Shown here: in pieces, positions 48,180 to 60,897 of the stretch | Layout: every line of letters starts with the position of its first letter | How positions within the stretch are numbered: the stretch's first letter is position 1 | Translations under genes and position numbers: made by a program | Assembly: GCA_017941235.1 (NCBI GenBank) | Contig: JAGAWU010000025.1 | Location: 29,860-93,859 of the forward strand | Reading direction: 5' to 3' | DNA length: 64,000 nucleotides | DNA from: Bacilli bacterium | Lineage (GTDB): Bacteria > Bacillota_I > Bacilli_A > RF39 > UBA660 | Notes under the pieces: model-generated | Seen by the model: the letters and a program-made list of their open reading frames with translations, nothing else | The model's database searches: none | Told to the model about the DNA's origin: nothing

Positions 48180-48677
48180 ATGGCAAGTGATAAAATCTTA
48201 AAACAAAAGCAACAAGTTATTAATGAGATTAAAGAAAAAGTTGAAGCTGCTAATACAATAGTTTTATTTGACTATCGTGGATTAACAGATGCTGAAACTA
48301 AAGAGCTTCGTTCAAAATTAAAAGAATCAGGTTCTACATACAAAGTTTTTAAGAATACATTAATGACTCGTGCATTTAATGATTTAAGTATTGATTTAGG
48401 TGATGCTTTATCAGGACCAAGTGCTTTACTTTGTGGTACTGATCAAGTTGCTCCAATCAAGACTTTAACTGAATTTGCTAAAGATCATCCAGCTCTTGAA
48501 TTAAAAGTAGGTATCGTAGATGGTGAGATTGCTGATAAGGCTAAACTTTCAGAATATGCTTCATTACCATCAAGAGATCAACTACTTACAATGCTTGCTG
48601 GTGGTATGATTGGTCTTGTAAAAGATTTATCAATTTGTTTAGATTTATATTCTAAACAATTAGAAGAAAATGAATAA
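48180..48677 (+). CDS. rplJ: 50S ribosomal protein L10
   Basis: 165 aa. The F.YRGL....ELR..L and VFKNTL motifs are present, and it lies upstream of rplL. Confidence 0.96.
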   Translation: MASDKILKQKQQVINEIKEKVEAANTIVLFDYRGLTDAETKELRSKLKESGSTYKVFKNTLMTRAFNDLSIDLGDALSGPSALLCGTDQVAPIKTLTEFAKDHPALELKVGIVDGEIADKAKLSEYASLPSRDQLLTMLAGGMIGLVKDLSICLDLYSKQLEENE

Positions 48678-48716
48678 TAATTGAAAATAAATTAAAAAAT
48701 AGGGAGGAAAAGTAAA

Positions 48717-49085
48717 ATGGCAAAATTAACAAAAGATGAATTTATTAGTTCATTAAAAGAAATGAATTTATTAGAAATTAAAGAATTAGTTGACGCAATG
48801 AAAGAAGAATTTGGAGTTGATCCATCTGCTGTAGCTGTAGCTGCACCAGTTGCTGGTGCTGCTGGAGATGCTGCACCTTCTACAGTTACTGTATCAATTG
48901 CTGATGCTGGAGCTGGAAAAGTTGGAGTTATCAAAGTAGTTCGTGAAATTACTGGATTAGGATTAAAAGAATCTAAAGATATCGTTGATCAAAATGGTGT
49001 TGTTAAAGAAAACATTTCTGTTGATGAAGCTAATGATATTAAAGCTAAGCTTGAAGAAGCTGGAGCTACTGTTGAAGTTAAATAA
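48717..49085 (+). CDS. rplL: 50S ribosomal protein L7/L12
   Basis: 122 aa. It has an Ala-rich hinge, then [18 protein letters not shown] and the EA...K.KLEEAGA.VE.K tail. Confidence 0.97.
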   Translation: MAKLTKDEFISSLKEMNLLEIKELVDAMKEEFGVDPSAVAVAAPVAGAAGDAAPSTVTVSIADAGAGKVGVIKVVREITGLGLKESKDIVDQNGVVKENISVDEANDIKAKLEEAGATVEVK

Positions 49086-49103
49086 TAAATTCAATTGCTG
49101 TTT

Positions 49104-49128
49104 AGGAATAGATTTATCTATTCCTTTT
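49104..49128 (+). terminator. rho-independent terminator after rplL
   Basis: aggaataga (49104-49112) pairs with tctattcct (49117-49125), then a T-run. Confidence 0.75.
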
Positions 49129-49169
49129 ATTTTGGTTTACGTAAATTAAAAATAAGTTAAAAAAAACAA

Positions 49170-49198
49170 TTGACTTTAAGACGAAATTGGTGTATTAT
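49170..49198 (+). promoter_or_regulatory. sigma-A-type promoter upstream of the ybxB-like methyltransferase
   Basis: TTGACT (49170-49175), a 17-nt spacer, then TATTAT (49193-49198). Confidence 0.5.
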
Positions 49199-49213
49199 AC
49201 TTTTTACGAAAGG

Positions 49214-49257
49214 AGATAACTATTTAATTTTATTAAGTAGTTATCTTTTTCTGTTTT
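49214..49257 (+). terminator. promoter-proximal intrinsic terminator / possible attenuator
   Basis: A 14-bp stem, agataactatttaa (49214-49227) with ttaagtagttatct (49233-49246, one G-T pair), followed by TTTTCTGTTTT. It begins about 15 nt after the -10 and ends 12 nt before the CDS start. Confidence 0.5.
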
Positions 49258-49268
49258 AGAGGTTTGTT

Positions 49269-49856
49269 ATGAGTCAATATTTTGTAAACGATGAAAATCT
49301 TGTTAGTAATACGGTAAAGAGATATGCAAATATACTAGATACTAATTTTATTTTTCTTACGGATAATGGTGTTTTTTCTAAGTCTGGTGTTGATTTTGGT
49401 TCTAGATTGCTTCTTGAAAGTCTTCCTTTAAGTGATTTGGGCAATTCAGTACTTGATGTAGGATGCGGGTATGGAGTTTTTGGTATAGTGTTGTCTAAGA
49501 TTTTAGATATAAAAGTTACTATGTGTGATGTTAATAAGAGAGCTATTCATTTAACTTCAAGAAATATAAAATTAAATTCATGCAATAATTGTACTGTAGT
49601 TGAAAGCAATTGCTACGAAAATATTACAGGTAGATATTCTACTATTATTTCAAATCCACCTATAAGAGCAGGGAAAAAGGTTGTTTATGAAATTTTGACT
49701 AAAGCAAAAGATTATTTGCTTCCAGGCGGTATGTTAGTTTTTGTTGTTAGAAAAGAGCAAGGTGCTAAATCGATTATTTCTGACATGGAAAAATTGTATA
49801 ATGTAGAAGTGCTGGAACGAAAAAAAGGATTTTTTATAATTAAATGTACTTTTTGA
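49269..49856 (+). CDS. class I SAM-dependent rRNA methyltransferase, RsmC/YbxB-like
   Basis: 195 aa. Motifs: GVFSK..VD.GS.LL, DVGCGYG..G, SNPPIRAGK. It sits between rplL and rpoB like B. subtilis ybxB. Confidence 0.82.
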   Translation: MSQYFVNDENLVSNTVKRYANILDTNFIFLTDNGVFSKSGVDFGSRLLLESLPLSDLGNSVLDVGCGYGVFGIVLSKILDIKVTMCDVNKRAIHLTSRNIKLNSCNNCTVVESNCYENITGRYSTIISNPPIRAGKKVVYEILTKAKDYLLPGGMLVFVVRKEQGAKSIISDMEKLYNVEVLERKKGFFIIKCTF

Positions 49857-49885
49857 TTGACTAATTGTTAGTTTTATGTTATTAA
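49857..49885 (+). promoter_or_regulatory. candidate sigma-A promoter for rpoBC
   Basis: TTGACT (49857-49862), a 17-nt spacer, then TATTAA (49880-49885) with an upstream TGt. Confidence 0.4.
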
Positions 49886-49957
49886 TATAAATTGGCAACG
49901 TATTATTTTTTTATAAATATGTTCTTTGAATTTATTATGTGTATTGGGGTGAAATAT

Positions 49958-52900
49958 GTGTCTTATAAAATAGTAAACTGTGGTGGCCACCGCAAAAGAA
50001 GAAATTATTCTCAAATTCGTGATATTTACGAATTAAAAGACTTACTTGAGATTCAAAAGAAGTCTTACCAAAGATTCATAGAAAAGGGTATACAGGAAGT
50101 TTTTGAAGATTTATTTCCTGTAGAAGATTTTTCTGGAACTTATAGGTTAGAATTTGGAAATTATCATTTTGAGGAACCTAGATTCTCTATTAAGGAAAGT
50201 AAAGATAGAGAGATTACTTATTCTGCACCTTTAAAGGTTGAAGTTAGATTGTTTAACTGTGAAACTGGAGAAGTAAAAGAACAAGAAATTTTTATGGGTG
50301 ATATGCCTATAATGACTAATTCTGGTACTTTTGTAATTAATGGGGCAGAAAGAGTTGTTGTATCTCAATTAGTACGTTCTCCTAGTGTTTATTTTAACCG
50401 TGAAATAGACAAGAATGGACGTGAATTAATTACATCTCAAATTATTCCTACTCGTGGAACTTGGTTGGAGTTTGAAACTGATGCAAGAGATATTTTGTAT
50501 GTTAGAATTGATCGTACTAGAAAAGTTACTTTAACTACATTACTTCGTGCTTTTGGATTATCTAGTGATGATGATATTTTTGCTATGTTTGGAAAAGATG
50601 AATATCTTGAAAACACTATCTCTAAAGATTCTACTAAGAATACAGATGAAGCATTAATTGAAATTTATGAAAAATTAAGACCTGGTGAACCAGCTACTCT
50701 TGATTCGTCTAAGAATAATATTATTACTCGTTTCTTTGATGAGTTTAGATATGATTTAGCTAAAGTTGGTCGTTATAAATTTAATCGTAAATTAAGTGTT
50801 GCTGATAGAATTTTAAATCAAAAACTTGGTGAAGATATCATTGTTGATGGAAAAGTTGTGTTTGAAAAAGGTACTGAAATAACAAAAGCTAATATTGAGG
50901 AATTTAAGGCAGCATTAGCTACAGGATTCGGAGTAAAAGAAGTTAAAATTAATGAAGACTTAGATAGCTATAACAAGGTTCAAATAGTTAAGATTATGGA
51001 TCCAAGTGATAATAGAAAAACAATGTCTATTATTGGTAATGATCAAACAATTGAAGTTAAGCGATTAACTATTTCTGATGTTTATGCTTCAATTTCATAT
51101 TATTTAAATTTATTACATGGTGTTGGTAATTATGATGAAATCGATCATTTAGGTAATCGTCGTGTAAGACAAGTTGGAGAGTTATTACAAAATCAATTTA
51201 GAATTGGTGTGTCTCGTATGGAAAGAGTTATTCGTGAAAGAATGACTACTCAAGAGATGGAAGAAGTAACTCCTAAAACTTTAATTAATATTAGACCAGT
51301 TACAGCTGCTATGAAAGAGTTCTTTGGTTCATCACAATTATCACAATTTATGGATCAAACTAATCCAATTGCTGAACTTACTAATAAGAGACGTTTAAGT
51401 GCTTTAGGACCAGGTGGACTTTCTCGTGATCGTGCTGGTGTTGAAGTTCGTGACGTTAATACTTCACATTATGGTCGAATTTGTCCAATTGAGTCTCCAG
51501 AAGGACCTAATATCGGATTAATTACAAGTTTGGCAAGTTATGCTAGAATAGACGAATATGGTTTTATTATGACTCCATATAGAAAAGTAGTTGATTCTAA
51601 AATAACTGATGAAGTTGTTTATTTAACTGCTGATGAAGAAGAAGATTATATTATTAGTCAATCAACTGTTGGTACTAATGAAGACAATGTTATGATAGAT
51701 GAACAGGTTAATGCTCGTTTCCATGGTGAAAACATTTTAGCAAAACCTAGTCAAGTTGATTTTATTGATGTTAGTCCTCAACAAGTTGTTTCGGTTACAA
51801 CAAGTTGTATTCCATTCCTAGAACATGATGATGCTACTCGTGCACTAATGGGTGCTAACATGCAACGTCAAGCTATGCCTTTATTAAAGACAGAAGCACC
51901 ATTTATAGGAACAGGTGTTGAACACATTGCTGCTAAGGATTCTGGTGTTTGTATAGTTGCTGATCATGATGGTGTAGTTGAGTATGCAGATGCTAGAAAA
52001 GTAGTTGTAAGAACAAAAGATGGAAAAGAAACTTATCGCTTAGCTAATTTTGAACTTGCTAACTCAAGTATTTGTAGTCATCAAAGACCTATTGTAAAAC
52101 CTGGCGATAAAGTTAAAGCAGGTACTACAATTCTTGCAGATGGTAATAGTACAGATAAAGGTGAACTTGCTTTAGGAAAGAATATGACAGTAGCATTTAT
52201 GACATTTAATGGTTATAACTATGAAGATGCTGTTATCCTTAATGAAAATTTAGTAAAGGCAGATGCTTATACTTCTCTTCATCTTGAAGATTATGAAATG
52301 CAATGTCGTGAAACTAAGTTAGGACCTGAAGAAATTACACGTGATATTCCTAATGTTAGTGAAGAGGCACGTAGAAACTTAGATGAAAATGGTATTATTA
52401 CTATTGGTACTGAAGTTAAAGAAGGAGATATCTTAGTTGGTAAAGTTACACCTAAAGGTATGGCTGAACTTACTTCAGAAGAAAAGTTACTTCATGCAAT
52501 TTTTGGAGAAAAAACTCGTGAAGTTCGTGATACTTCTCTTCGTGTTCCACATGGTGGAGATGGTATTGTTCATGATATAAAGATTTATTCACGTAAAGAT
52601 AATGATGAACTTCCTGCTGGAGTTTCAAAAGTTATTCGTGTTTATATAATTCAAAAACGTAAGATTCAAGTAGGAGATAAAATGTCTGGACGTCATGGTA
52701 ATAAAGGTGTTATCTCACTAATTCTTCCACAAGAAGATATGCCATACTTGCCAGATGGTACTCCAGTTGATATTATGCTTAATCCACAAGGTGTTCCTTC
52801 TCGTATGAATTTTGGACAAGTTCTAGAATTACATATGGGTATGGCTGCTAAGAAATTAGGAGTACATATTGCTACACCAGTATTTGATGGTGCACATGTT

Positions 52901-53560
52901 GATGATATTCAAGCTATTATGAAAGAAGCTGGAATGGATCCTGATGGAAAGACTGTTTTATATGATGGTCGTACAGGTGAGCCATTTGATAATAGAATTT
53001 CTGTTGGTGTTATGTATATGATTAAACTACATCACATGGTTGATGATAAGTTACATGCACGTAGTACTGGACCTTATTCATTAGTTACACAACAGCCACT
53101 TGGTGGTAAAGCACAATTTGGTGGACAACGTTTCGGTGAAATGGAAGTTTGGGCACTTTATGCATATGGTGCTGCTCATACATTACAAGAGATGATGACT
53201 GTTAAATCTGATGACGTTATTGGTCGTGTTAAAGTATATGAATCTATTGTTAAAGGTAATCAAGTTGATGATGCTGGTGTTCCTGAATCATTCAGAGTAT
53301 TAATGAAAGAATTCCAAGCTTTAGGATTAGATATTTCAATAATTGATGACGAAGGAAAAGCGTTACAACTTAAAGATATAGAAGAACAAGAAGATAAGGA
53401 AGAATTAAAATTCTCAATTGATGAAGTGGATGGAAATCCTGCTCAGAGTATTAGTGCTACTACTATTGAAGATGATGGTGGTGCAGAAGAAGATATTGAT
53501 GAGGATATTGAGGATGAATTTGATAGTTTAGATTATCTAGAGGAAGGAGAAGAAATGTAA
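49958..53560 (+). CDS. rpoB: DNA-directed RNA polymerase subunit beta
   Basis: From GTG 49958 (SD ggggtga), [40 protein letters not shown] aligns with the B. subtilis RpoB N-terminus (..[35 protein letters not shown]). All conserved beta regions are present and there is an acidic C-tail. The ORF-track start at 49892 is over-extended. Confidence 0.97.
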   Translation: MSYKIVNCGGHRKRRNYSQIRDIYELKDLLEIQKKSYQRFIEKGIQEVFEDLFPVEDFSGTYRLEFGNYHFEEPRFSIKESKDREITYSAPLKVEVRLFNCETGEVKEQEIFMGDMPIMTNSGTFVINGAERVVVSQLVRSPSVYFNREIDKNGRELITSQIIPTRGTWLEFETDARDILYVRIDRTRKVTLTTLLRAFGLSSDDDIFAMFGKDEYLENTISKDSTKNTDEALIEIYEKLRPGEPATLDSSKNNIITRFFDEFRYDLAKVGRYKFNRKLSVADRILNQKLGEDIIVDGKVVFEKGTEITKANIEEFKAALATGFGVKEVKINEDLDSYNKVQIVKIMDPSDNRKTMSIIGNDQTIEVKRLTISDVYASISYYLNLLHGVGNYDEIDHLGNRRVRQVGELLQNQFRIGVSRMERVIRERMTTQEMEEVTPKTLINIRPVTAAMKEFFGSSQLSQFMDQTNPIAELTNKRRLSALGPGGLSRDRAGVEVRDVNTSHYGRICPIESPEGPNIGLITSLASYARIDEYGFIMTPYRKVVDSKITDEVVYLTADEEEDYIISQSTVGTNEDNVMIDEQVNARFHGENILAKPSQVDFIDVSPQQVVSVTTSCIPFLEHDDATRALMGANMQRQAMPLLKTEAPFIGTGVEHIAAKDSGVCIVADHDGVVEYADARKVVVRTKDGKETYRLANFELANSSICSHQRPIVKPGDKVKAGTTILADGNSTDKGELALGKNMTVAFMTFNGYNYEDAVILNENLVKADAYTSLHLEDYEMQCRETKLGPEEITRDIPNVSEEARRNLDENGIITIGTEVKEGDILVGKVTPKGMAELTSEEKLLHAIFGEKTREVRDTSLRVPHGGDGIVHDIKIYSRKDNDELPAGVSKVIRVYIIQKRKIQVGDKMSGRHGNKGVISLILPQEDMPYLPDGTPVDIMLNPQGVPSRMNFGQVLELHMGMAAKKLGVHIATPVFDGAHVDDIQAIMKEAGMDPDGKTVLYDGRTGEPFDNRISVGVMYMIKLHHMVDDKLHARSTGPYSLVTQQPLGGKAQFGGQRFGEMEVWALYAYGAAHTLQEMMTVKSDDVIGRVKVYESIVKGNQVDDAGVPESFRVLMKEFQALGLDISIIDDEGKALQLKDIEEQEDKEELKFSIDEVDGNPAQSISATTIEDDGGAEEDIDEDIEDEFDSLDYLEEGEEM

Positions 53561-56500
53561 TGATAGAAGTAAATAAAATTAAGGCTTTAAAAATTGGAAT
53601 AGCTTCTCCTGAAAAAATTAGAGAATGGTCATATGGTGAGGTAAAGAAACCTGAAACTATAAATTATAGAACATTAAGACCTGAAAGAGATGGTTTGTTC
53701 TGTGAAAAAATATTTGGACCAACTAAAGATTTTGAATGTGCTTGTGGAAAGTACAAAAAAGTAAGATATAAAGATATTATTTGTGATAGATGTGGAGTTG
53801 AAGTTACACGTTCTAAAGTACGTCGTGAACGTATGGGACATATAGAACTTGCTTCTCCTGTCTCACATATTTGGTTCTTTAAGGGTGTTCCTTCAAGAAT
53901 GGGACTTGTTCTTGATATGAGTCCAAGAGATTTAGAGGAAGTATTATATTTCGTTAGTTACGTTGTAATTGATAAAGGTAATGCACCACTTGAAAATAAA
54001 CAAACTCTTTCTGAAAAAGAATATAGAGCATATTATGAAAAATATGGTAATGGATTTAGAGTAGGAATGGGTGCTGAGGCAATTAAGGAATTACTTAAGA
54101 GTGTAGATTTAGAAAAAGAAATTGCTAAAATAGAAAAAGAATTAGAAACAGCTCAAGGTCAAAAGAGGGTTAGACTTGTTAAGAGATTAGATGTTCTTGA
54201 TGCTTTCTATAAATCTGAACAAAAGCCTGAATGGATGATTCTTGATTGTATTCCTGTAATCCCACCAGATTTAAGACCTATGATTCAACTTGATGGTGGT
54301 AGATTTGCAACTTCAGATTTAAATGATTTATATCGTCGAGTAATTAATCGCAATAATCGTTTAAAGAAATTAATTGATCTAGGTGCTCCTGGAATCATTA
54401 TTCAAAATGAAAAACGTATGTTACAAGAAGCTGTAGATGCATTATTTGATAATGGACGTCGTGGTAGAAGTGTTACTGGTGCAGGTAATAGACCATTAAA
54501 ATCTCTTTCTAGTATGTTAAAAGGTAAACAGGGTCGTTTCCGTCAAAACTTATTAGGTAAGCGTGTTGATTATTCTGGACGTAGTGTTATCGTTGTTGGA
54601 CCATCACTTAAGATGTATCAATGTGGTATTCCTAAAGAAATGGCTTTAGAATTATTTAAGCCACATGTTATTAATGGTTTAGTAGATAGAGATATTGCAC
54701 ATAATATTAAAGCTGCTAAGAGATTAATAGATAATAGAGATCCACTTGTTTGGGATGTAGTAGAAGATGTTATTAAAGAGCATCCAGTATTATTAAACCG
54801 TGCGCCTACTTTACATAGATTAGGTATTCAAGCATTTGAGCCAATTTTAGTAGGTGGTAAAGCTATTAGACTTCATCCACTTGTTTGTCCAGCATTTAAT
54901 GCAGACTTTGATGGTGACCAGATGGCAGTTCACGTTCCTTTATCAGAAGAAGCAAAAGCTGAAGCTAGACTTTTAATGTTAGGTTCAGGTAACATCTTAA
55001 AACCATCTGATGGAAAACCTATTGTTACTCCAGCTCAAGATATGGTTTTAGGTAACTATTATATAACTATGGAAAAACCTGGAGAAAAAGGTGAAGGTAG
55101 ATTATTTAGAAATCCAAATGAAGCATTAATGGCTTATGAAAGAAGAGAAATAACTCTTCATACAAGAATTGCTATACCAGTTAATTCGTTTAAACATAAA
55201 TTATTTACTGATGATAAAAAGGATAAATATTTAATTACTACTCCTGGTAAAATTAAATTTAATGAGATTTTACCTGATTCATTCCCTTATGTTAATGAAC
55301 CAACTGATGAAAATATTCAACAAATTACTCCTAACAGATATTTTATTGATCGTGGTATGAATGTTCCTGAGGAAATAGCTAAGAAAGATATAGTTAAGCC
55401 TTTTGCTAAAGGTGCATTAGAAAAAATAATCGCTCAAGTATTTAAACGTTATAAAACTACAGAAACATCTACAATGCTTGATAAATTAAAAGATTTAGGA
55501 TTTAAGTATTCAACAATTGCTGGTATTACTGTTAGTATGGCTGATGTTGAAACAAGTCAACAAAAGCATGAAATAGTTGCTAAAGCACAAAAAGTTGTTG
55601 ATAGTATTAATAAACAATATAAACGTGGTTTAATTACTGAAGAAGAAAGATTTGATAAAGTAATTGAAGTATGGAATAATGCAACAGATGAAGTAAAAGC
55701 AGAACTTGAAGGTATTTCACAAACTGATATTGATAATCCAATCTTTATCATGATGAACTCTAAAGCTCGTGGTAATATCTCTAACTTTACTCAAGTTGCT
55801 GGTATGCGTGGTATTATGGCTAAGCCAGATGGTACTCCAGTTGAAATTCCAATTCTTTCAAACTTTATTGAGGGACTTTCAGTTGCTGAATTCTTCTTGT
55901 CTACACATGGTGCTCGTAAAGGTTCAGCAGATACTGCCTTAAAGACTGCGGATTCAGGATATTTAACTCGTCGTTTAGTTGATGTTTCACAAGATATGAT
56001 TGTTAGAGAAGTTGATTGTGGTACTGATCAAGGTGTTGTTGTAAAAGACTTCATTAATGAAAAAACTGGTTCTGTAATCGAAGGATTAAAAGACCGTATT
56101 GTTGGAAGATTTGCTAATAAGAAAGTTATTAATCCTGAGACTAAAGAGGTTATAGTTGAAAAACTTGAATTAATTACTGAAAACAAGGCTGATAAGATTG
56201 TTGAAGCTGGAATTAAAGAAGTTGAAATTAGGACAATTTTAACATGTAATACAGCTAATGGTGTTTGTCAAAAATGTTATGGTAGAAATCTTGCTACAGG
56301 TAACTTAGTTGAAATAGGTGAGGCCGTAGGTGTTATGGCTGCTCAATCAATTGGTGAACCTGGTACTCAGCTTACAATGCGTACATTCCATTCTGGTGGA
56401 GTTGCTCATGGTGGTGATGCTGATATCACTCAAGGTCTTCCTCGTGTACAAGAATTATTTGAAGCACGTAATCCAAAAGCTAAGGCTACAATAGCTGAAA

Positions 56501-57198
56501 TTGATGGTGAAGTATCTAAAGTTAAGGAAGATCATGGTAAATATAAAATTAGTATTACTAACTCACTTGAAACAAAGGAACACACTACGAATTATGCTGC
56601 TAAGTTAATTGTTAAAAAAGGTGATAAGGTTAAGTGTGGTGATAAGTTAACTGAGGGTGCTATTAGTCCTAAGGAATTACTTGATGTAACTGATCCTATT
56701 ACTACACAAGAATATATATTAAAAGAAGTACAAAATACATATCGTTCTCAAGGTGTTGATATTTCAGATAAACATATTGAAATTATTGCACGTAGAATGA
56801 TTTCTCGTATGAGAATTGTTGATTCTGGTGATACTAAATTCTTACCTGGATCACTTGTTAATTTCCATGATTTCACTGCAGGTAATACAGAAGCTGTTAT
56901 TAATGGTAAGAGACCTGCTACTGGTAAACCAGTATTACTTGGTATTACTAAGGCATCTCTTGAAACTGATTCATTCTTATCTGCTGCATCATTCCAGGAA
57001 ACTACAAGAATTTTAACCGATGCTGCAATTAAAGGTAAAGTTGATGTTCTAGAAGGTTTAAAAGAAAATGTAATTATTGGTAAAACTATACCAGCTGGTA
57101 CTGGTATTAAGGATTATCAAGATGTTGATTATACATTAGCTCAAGAATTTATTGATGAAGAGCCACTTGATAAATTAGAAGATCAATTTATGGAATAG
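53560..57198 (+). CDS. rpoC: DNA-directed RNA polymerase subunit beta'
   Basis: 1212 aa. It has the zinc finger CACGKYKK.....C..CGVEV, the active site NADFDGDQM, and the trigger loop and bridge helix. Its start overlaps the rpoB stop by 1 nt. Confidence 0.98.
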   Translation: MIEVNKIKALKIGIASPEKIREWSYGEVKKPETINYRTLRPERDGLFCEKIFGPTKDFECACGKYKKVRYKDIICDRCGVEVTRSKVRRERMGHIELASPVSHIWFFKGVPSRMGLVLDMSPRDLEEVLYFVSYVVIDKGNAPLENKQTLSEKEYRAYYEKYGNGFRVGMGAEAIKELLKSVDLEKEIAKIEKELETAQGQKRVRLVKRLDVLDAFYKSEQKPEWMILDCIPVIPPDLRPMIQLDGGRFATSDLNDLYRRVINRNNRLKKLIDLGAPGIIIQNEKRMLQEAVDALFDNGRRGRSVTGAGNRPLKSLSSMLKGKQGRFRQNLLGKRVDYSGRSVIVVGPSLKMYQCGIPKEMALELFKPHVINGLVDRDIAHNIKAAKRLIDNRDPLVWDVVEDVIKEHPVLLNRAPTLHRLGIQAFEPILVGGKAIRLHPLVCPAFNADFDGDQMAVHVPLSEEAKAEARLLMLGSGNILKPSDGKPIVTPAQDMVLGNYYITMEKPGEKGEGRLFRNPNEALMAYERREITLHTRIAIPVNSFKHKLFTDDKKDKYLITTPGKIKFNEILPDSFPYVNEPTDENIQQITPNRYFIDRGMNVPEEIAKKDIVKPFAKGALEKIIAQVFKRYKTTETSTMLDKLKDLGFKYSTIAGITVSMADVETSQQKHEIVAKAQKVVDSINKQYKRGLITEEERFDKVIEVWNNATDEVKAELEGISQTDIDNPIFIMMNSKARGNISNFTQVAGMRGIMAKPDGTPVEIPILSNFIEGLSVAEFFLSTHGARKGSADTALKTADSGYLTRRLVDVSQDMIVREVDCGTDQGVVVKDFINEKTGSVIEGLKDRIVGRFANKKVINPETKEVIVEKLELITENKADKIVEAGIKEVEIRTILTCNTANGVCQKCYGRNLATGNLVEIGEAVGVMAAQSIGEPGTQLTMRTFHSGGVAHGGDADITQGLPRVQELFEARNPKAKATIAEIDGEVSKVKEDHGKYKISITNSLETKEHTTNYAAKLIVKKGDKVKCGDKLTEGAISPKELLDVTDPITTQEYILKEVQNTYRSQGVDISDKHIEIIARRMISRMRIVDSGDTKFLPGSLVNFHDFTAGNTEAVINGKRPATGKPVLLGITKASLETDSFLSAASFQETTRILTDAAIKGKVDVLEGLKENVIIGKTIPAGTGIKDYQDVDYTLAQEFIDEEPLDKLEDQFME

Positions 57199-57218
57199 GA
57201 AACTATTCCTTTTTTTTT
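57192..57218 (+). terminator. rho-independent terminator after rpoC
   Basis: ggaatag (57192-57198) pairs with ctattcc (57203-57209), followed by a T9 run. Confidence 0.65.
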
Positions 57219-57267
57219 GTTTATTTGATACAATAGTTTTTGTTAATGTTTAATTAGAGGTGATAAA

Positions 57268-57660
57268 ATGGCTGATTCATTTTTAAACTTAGTAAAAAGA
57301 CTAGTATCTATTCTTCCTTCTGATTGGAATAAGGTTACTTTTTCTTTATTCGTTAGAGAATGTTCTATAAATGGTAAAATTGCTTTTAGTAAAGAATTTA
57401 AGTGTTATTGTTTATCTGATAGTTGTGATACTCCAATTAATTTGGTAAAGGTTTATGAAGAAAATTTTGATATAGAGGATTTGTTTTTCGATTTGTTAGA
57501 TTTTTTTTATAAAAACTATTTTAATAAAGATAGTAATTTTATTACATTGAAAGTACATAAAGCTGGTAATTATGAAATAAATAGGATATCATTAAATAAT
57601 AATATTTCAAATGATGAAATTGTTGATATTATTAATGAGTATATTAAAAAGGATTTATAA
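57268..57660 (+). CDS. hypothetical protein (faint resemblance to DUF600/YezG-type immunity proteins)
   Basis: 130-aa ORF with SD agaggtga. The N-terminal ...LPSDWNKVTFSLFV... and the later acidic/aromatic stretch recall the YezG pattern (IP..W.K.......), but this is an impression only. Confidence 0.5.
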   Translation: MADSFLNLVKRLVSILPSDWNKVTFSLFVRECSINGKIAFSKEFKCYCLSDSCDTPINLVKVYEENFDIEDLFFDLLDFFYKNYFNKDSNFITLKVHKAGNYEINRISLNNNISNDEIVDIINEYIKKDL

Positions 57661-57684
57661 ATTTATAAAAATAGTTAAAAGTTG

Positions 57685-57713
57685 TTGACTATTTTTTTTT
57701 ATAGTGATATATT
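57685..57713 (+). promoter_or_regulatory. sigma-A-type promoter for the str operon
   Basis: TTGACT (57685-57690), a 17-nt spacer, then TATATT (57708-57713) with a TGa extended -10. Confidence 0.5.
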
Positions 57714-57813
57714 ATATTTGCTATTAAATTAATTTTGCTTTTTTGTGCAAAATTTTATTTAAAAGAAAAAATGATACACCTGGGTATGTGTCAAGAAAGG
57801 AGATATATAATAT

Positions 57814-58227
57814 ATGCCTACAATTAACCAATTAATAAAGAAAAAACGTAAAGATAAAGTTCGTAAAAGTAAATCACCTGTTTTGGGAGTTGGATTAAAT
57901 ACAATTAAGAAAAAAGCTACTGATACTAATGCTCCTCAAAAACGTGGAGTTTGTACTCGTGTTGGTACTAAAACACCTAAAAAACCAAACTCAGCTTTAA
58001 GAAAATATGCTCGTGTACGTTTAAGCAATGGTAAAGAAGTAGATACTTATATTCCAGGAATTGGACATAACTTACAAGAGCATAGTGTTGTACTAGTTCG
58101 TGGTGGACGTGTTAAAGACTTAATCGGTGTACGTTATCATATAATTCGTGGAACATTAGATACTGCTGGTGTTCAAAACCGTATGCAAGGTCGTAGTAAA
58201 TACGGTGCTAAAAAACCAAAAAAATAA
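57814..58227 (+). CDS. rpsL: 30S ribosomal protein S12
   Basis: 137 aa. Motifs: [35 protein letters not shown]. Confidence 0.98.
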   Translation: MPTINQLIKKKRKDKVRKSKSPVLGVGLNTIKKKATDTNAPQKRGVCTRVGTKTPKKPNSALRKYARVRLSNGKEVDTYIPGIGHNLQEHSVVLVRGGRVKDLIGVRYHIIRGTLDTAGVQNRMQGRSKYGAKKPKK

Positions 58228-58262
58228 AAAATAAATAAAATAATTGAAGGGAGGAAATTATA

Positions 58263-58730
58263 ATGCGTAAGAGACAAGCAGTTAAAAGAGATGTTCTTGC
58301 TGATCCTATATATAATTCAAAATTTGTTACTAAGTTAATAAATTCAATTATGTTAGATGGTAAAAAAGGAATAGCTCAAAGTATTGTTTATGATGCATTT
58401 GAACAAGTTAAGACTAAAACTGGTAGTGATCCACTTGAAGTATTTAATAAAGCAATGGAAAACATTATACCAGAAGTTGAAGTTAAATCTCGCCGTGTTG
58501 GTGGATCTAACTATCAAGTACCAATTGAAGTTTCGCCTGCAAGAGGTCGTGCTTTAGGTCTTCGTTGGTTAACAGGTAATGCTCGTTCTCGTGGTGGAAA
58601 GAGTATGGCTGAAAAGTTAGCTAATGAGATAATGGATGCTGCTAATGGTACTGGTGGAGCAGTTAAAAAACGTGAGGATACTCACAGAATGGCTGAAGCT
58701 AATAAAGCTTTCGCACATTATAAATGGTAG
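58263..58730 (+). CDS. rpsG: 30S ribosomal protein S7
   Basis: 155 aa. Motifs: DP.YNS....[26 protein letters not shown]. Confidence 0.98.
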   Translation: MRKRQAVKRDVLADPIYNSKFVTKLINSIMLDGKKGIAQSIVYDAFEQVKTKTGSDPLEVFNKAMENIIPEVEVKSRRVGGSNYQVPIEVSPARGRALGLRWLTGNARSRGGKSMAEKLANEIMDAANGTGGAVKKREDTHRMAEANKAFAHYKW

Positions 58731-58742
58731 GAGGAAATTAAT

Positions 58743-60812
58743 ATGGCAAGAGATACTTCACTTGAAAAAACTAGAAATCTTGGTATAATGGCTCACATTG
58801 ATGCTGGTAAAACAACAACAACTGAGCGTGTTTTATATCATACTGGTAAAATTCATAAAATTGGTGAAACTCATGACGGTGAAAGTCAAATGGACTGGAT
58901 GGTACAAGAGCAAGAACGTGGTATAACTATCACTTCTGCAGCTACTACAGCTTATTGGAAAGGATACCGTTTTAATATTATTGATACTCCTGGTCACGTA
59001 GATTTCACTATCGAAGTTAGTCGTAGTTTACGTGTATTAGATGGAGCTGTTGCATTAATAGATGCACAAGCTGGTGTTGAACCTCAAACTGAAACAGTTT
59101 GGAGACAAGCTTCTGAATTTAAAGTTCCACGTATTATTTTTGCTAATAAGATGGATAAAATGGGAGCTGATTTCCAATATAGTTTAAATACTATTGAACA
59201 AAGATTAGGAGTTAATTATGCTCCTATTGAATGGCCTATTGGTTCTGAAGATAATTTTAGTGGTGTAGTTGATTTAGTATCAATGAAAGCTTATGAATAT
59301 GATGGAAAACCTGAAGAAGAGGCTAAAGAAATAGAAATCCCTGCTGATTTAAAAGATATAGCAGAAGAAAAGAGAAATGCATTAATTGAAGCTGTTGCTG
59401 AATTTGATGATGACATGATGGAAAAATACCTTGAAGGAGAAGAAATCCCTGCAGAATTACTTAAAAAAGCAATCCGTACAGGAGTTCTTAAAGCTGAATT
59501 CTTCCCTGTTATGTGTGGAACAGCTTTAGGAAATAAAGGTATTAAATTATTACTTGATGCTGTTATTGATTATTTACCAAGTCCTATTGATATTGAGTCA
59601 ATTAAGGGAACAGATTTAGATGGTAATGATGCAGTAAGACATCCAAGTGATAATGAACCATTCAGTGCATTAGCATTCAAAGTTATGACTGATCCTTTTG
59701 TTGGACGTTTAACTTTCTTTAGAGTTTATTCTGGACACTTAAGTAGTGGTAGTTATGTATTAAATTCTACTAAAGATGAAAAAGAACGTATTGGTCGTAT
59801 ATTATTAATGCATGCTAATACTCGTAAGGAAATTACAGATGTATATACTGGTGATATAGCTGCTGCTGTTGGTTTAAAAGCAACAACTACTGGTGATACA
59901 TTATGTGATGAAAAGAAACCTGTTATTCTTGAAAGTTTAGTGGTTCCAGATCCAGTTATTGAACTTGCTGTTGAACCTAAATCAAAAGCAGATCAAGATA
60001 AAATGGCTTTAGCTTTACAAAAGCTTGCAGAAGAAGATCCTACATTTAAGGTTCATACAGATCATGAAACAGGTCAAACTGTTATTGCTGGTATGGGTGA
60101 ATTACACTTAGATGTATTAGTAGATCGTATGAAACGTGAATTCAATGTAGAAGCTAATGTTGGTCGTCCACAAGTTGCTTATCGTGAGACAATCAAAGCT
60201 ACAGGTGAATGTGAAGGTAAATATATTAAACAATCTGGTGGACGTGGACAATATGGACATGTTTGGGTTAAGTTTGAGCCAAATCCAGATAAAGGTTATG
60301 AATTTGTTGATGAAATCGTTGGTGGTGTTGTTCCTCGTGAATACATTCCTGTTGTTGACAAAGGATTACAAGAAGCTATGCAAACAGGTATTCTTGCTGG
60401 ATACCCTATGATAGATGTTAAGGCTACATTATTTGATGGTTCTTACCATGATGTAGACTCTAATGAAATGGCATTTAAGATTGCTGCTAGTATGGCTTTA
60501 AAAGAAGCTAAAAAGAATTGTCAACCAGTACTTCTTGAACCAATTATGAAGGTTGATGTTACTACTCCAGAAGAATATTTTGGTAATGTAATGGGTGATT
60601 TAACTGGTAGACGTGGTAAACCATTAGGACAAGAAACTCAATTAGGAGCTGTTAAACTTAGTGCTATGGTACCACTTTCAGAAATGTTTGGTTATGCTAC
60701 TGCACTTCGTAGTAATACACAAGGTAGAGCTAACTTTGTAATGTTCTTTGATCATTATGAAGAAGTACCAAAGAGTATTTCTGAAGAAATTATTAAGAAA
60801 AGTGGAAATTAA
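58743..60812 (+). CDS. fusA: elongation factor G
   Basis: 689 aa. G-motifs [17 protein letters not shown] and NKMD, plus domain IV/V motifs. Confidence 0.98.
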   Translation: MARDTSLEKTRNLGIMAHIDAGKTTTTERVLYHTGKIHKIGETHDGESQMDWMVQEQERGITITSAATTAYWKGYRFNIIDTPGHVDFTIEVSRSLRVLDGAVALIDAQAGVEPQTETVWRQASEFKVPRIIFANKMDKMGADFQYSLNTIEQRLGVNYAPIEWPIGSEDNFSGVVDLVSMKAYEYDGKPEEEAKEIEIPADLKDIAEEKRNALIEAVAEFDDDMMEKYLEGEEIPAELLKKAIRTGVLKAEFFPVMCGTALGNKGIKLLLDAVIDYLPSPIDIESIKGTDLDGNDAVRHPSDNEPFSALAFKVMTDPFVGRLTFFRVYSGHLSSGSYVLNSTKDEKERIGRILLMHANTRKEITDVYTGDIAAAVGLKATTTGDTLCDEKKPVILESLVVPDPVIELAVEPKSKADQDKMALALQKLAEEDPTFKVHTDHETGQTVIAGMGELHLDVLVDRMKREFNVEANVGRPQVAYRETIKATGECEGKYIKQSGGRGQYGHVWVKFEPNPDKGYEFVDEIVGGVVPREYIPVVDKGLQEAMQTGILAGYPMIDVKATLFDGSYHDVDSNEMAFKIAASMALKEAKKNCQPVLLEPIMKVDVTTPEEYFGNVMGDLTGRRGKPLGQETQLGAVKLSAMVPLSEMFGYATALRSNTQGRANFVMFFDHYEEVPKSISEEIIKKSGN

Positions 60813-60897
60813 TTAAAAACTTTTCTAAAATAGTTGAAAAAAAATTAATAGTTAGATAAAATATATGTTGTAATATAAATTATGGGAGGAAAAAATT

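Noticed and set aside
49892-49957. N-terminal 22 codons of the ORF-track rpoB model
   Set aside because: There is no homology and the stretch is hydrophobic junk. RpoB homology starts at GTG 49958, after SD ggggtga.
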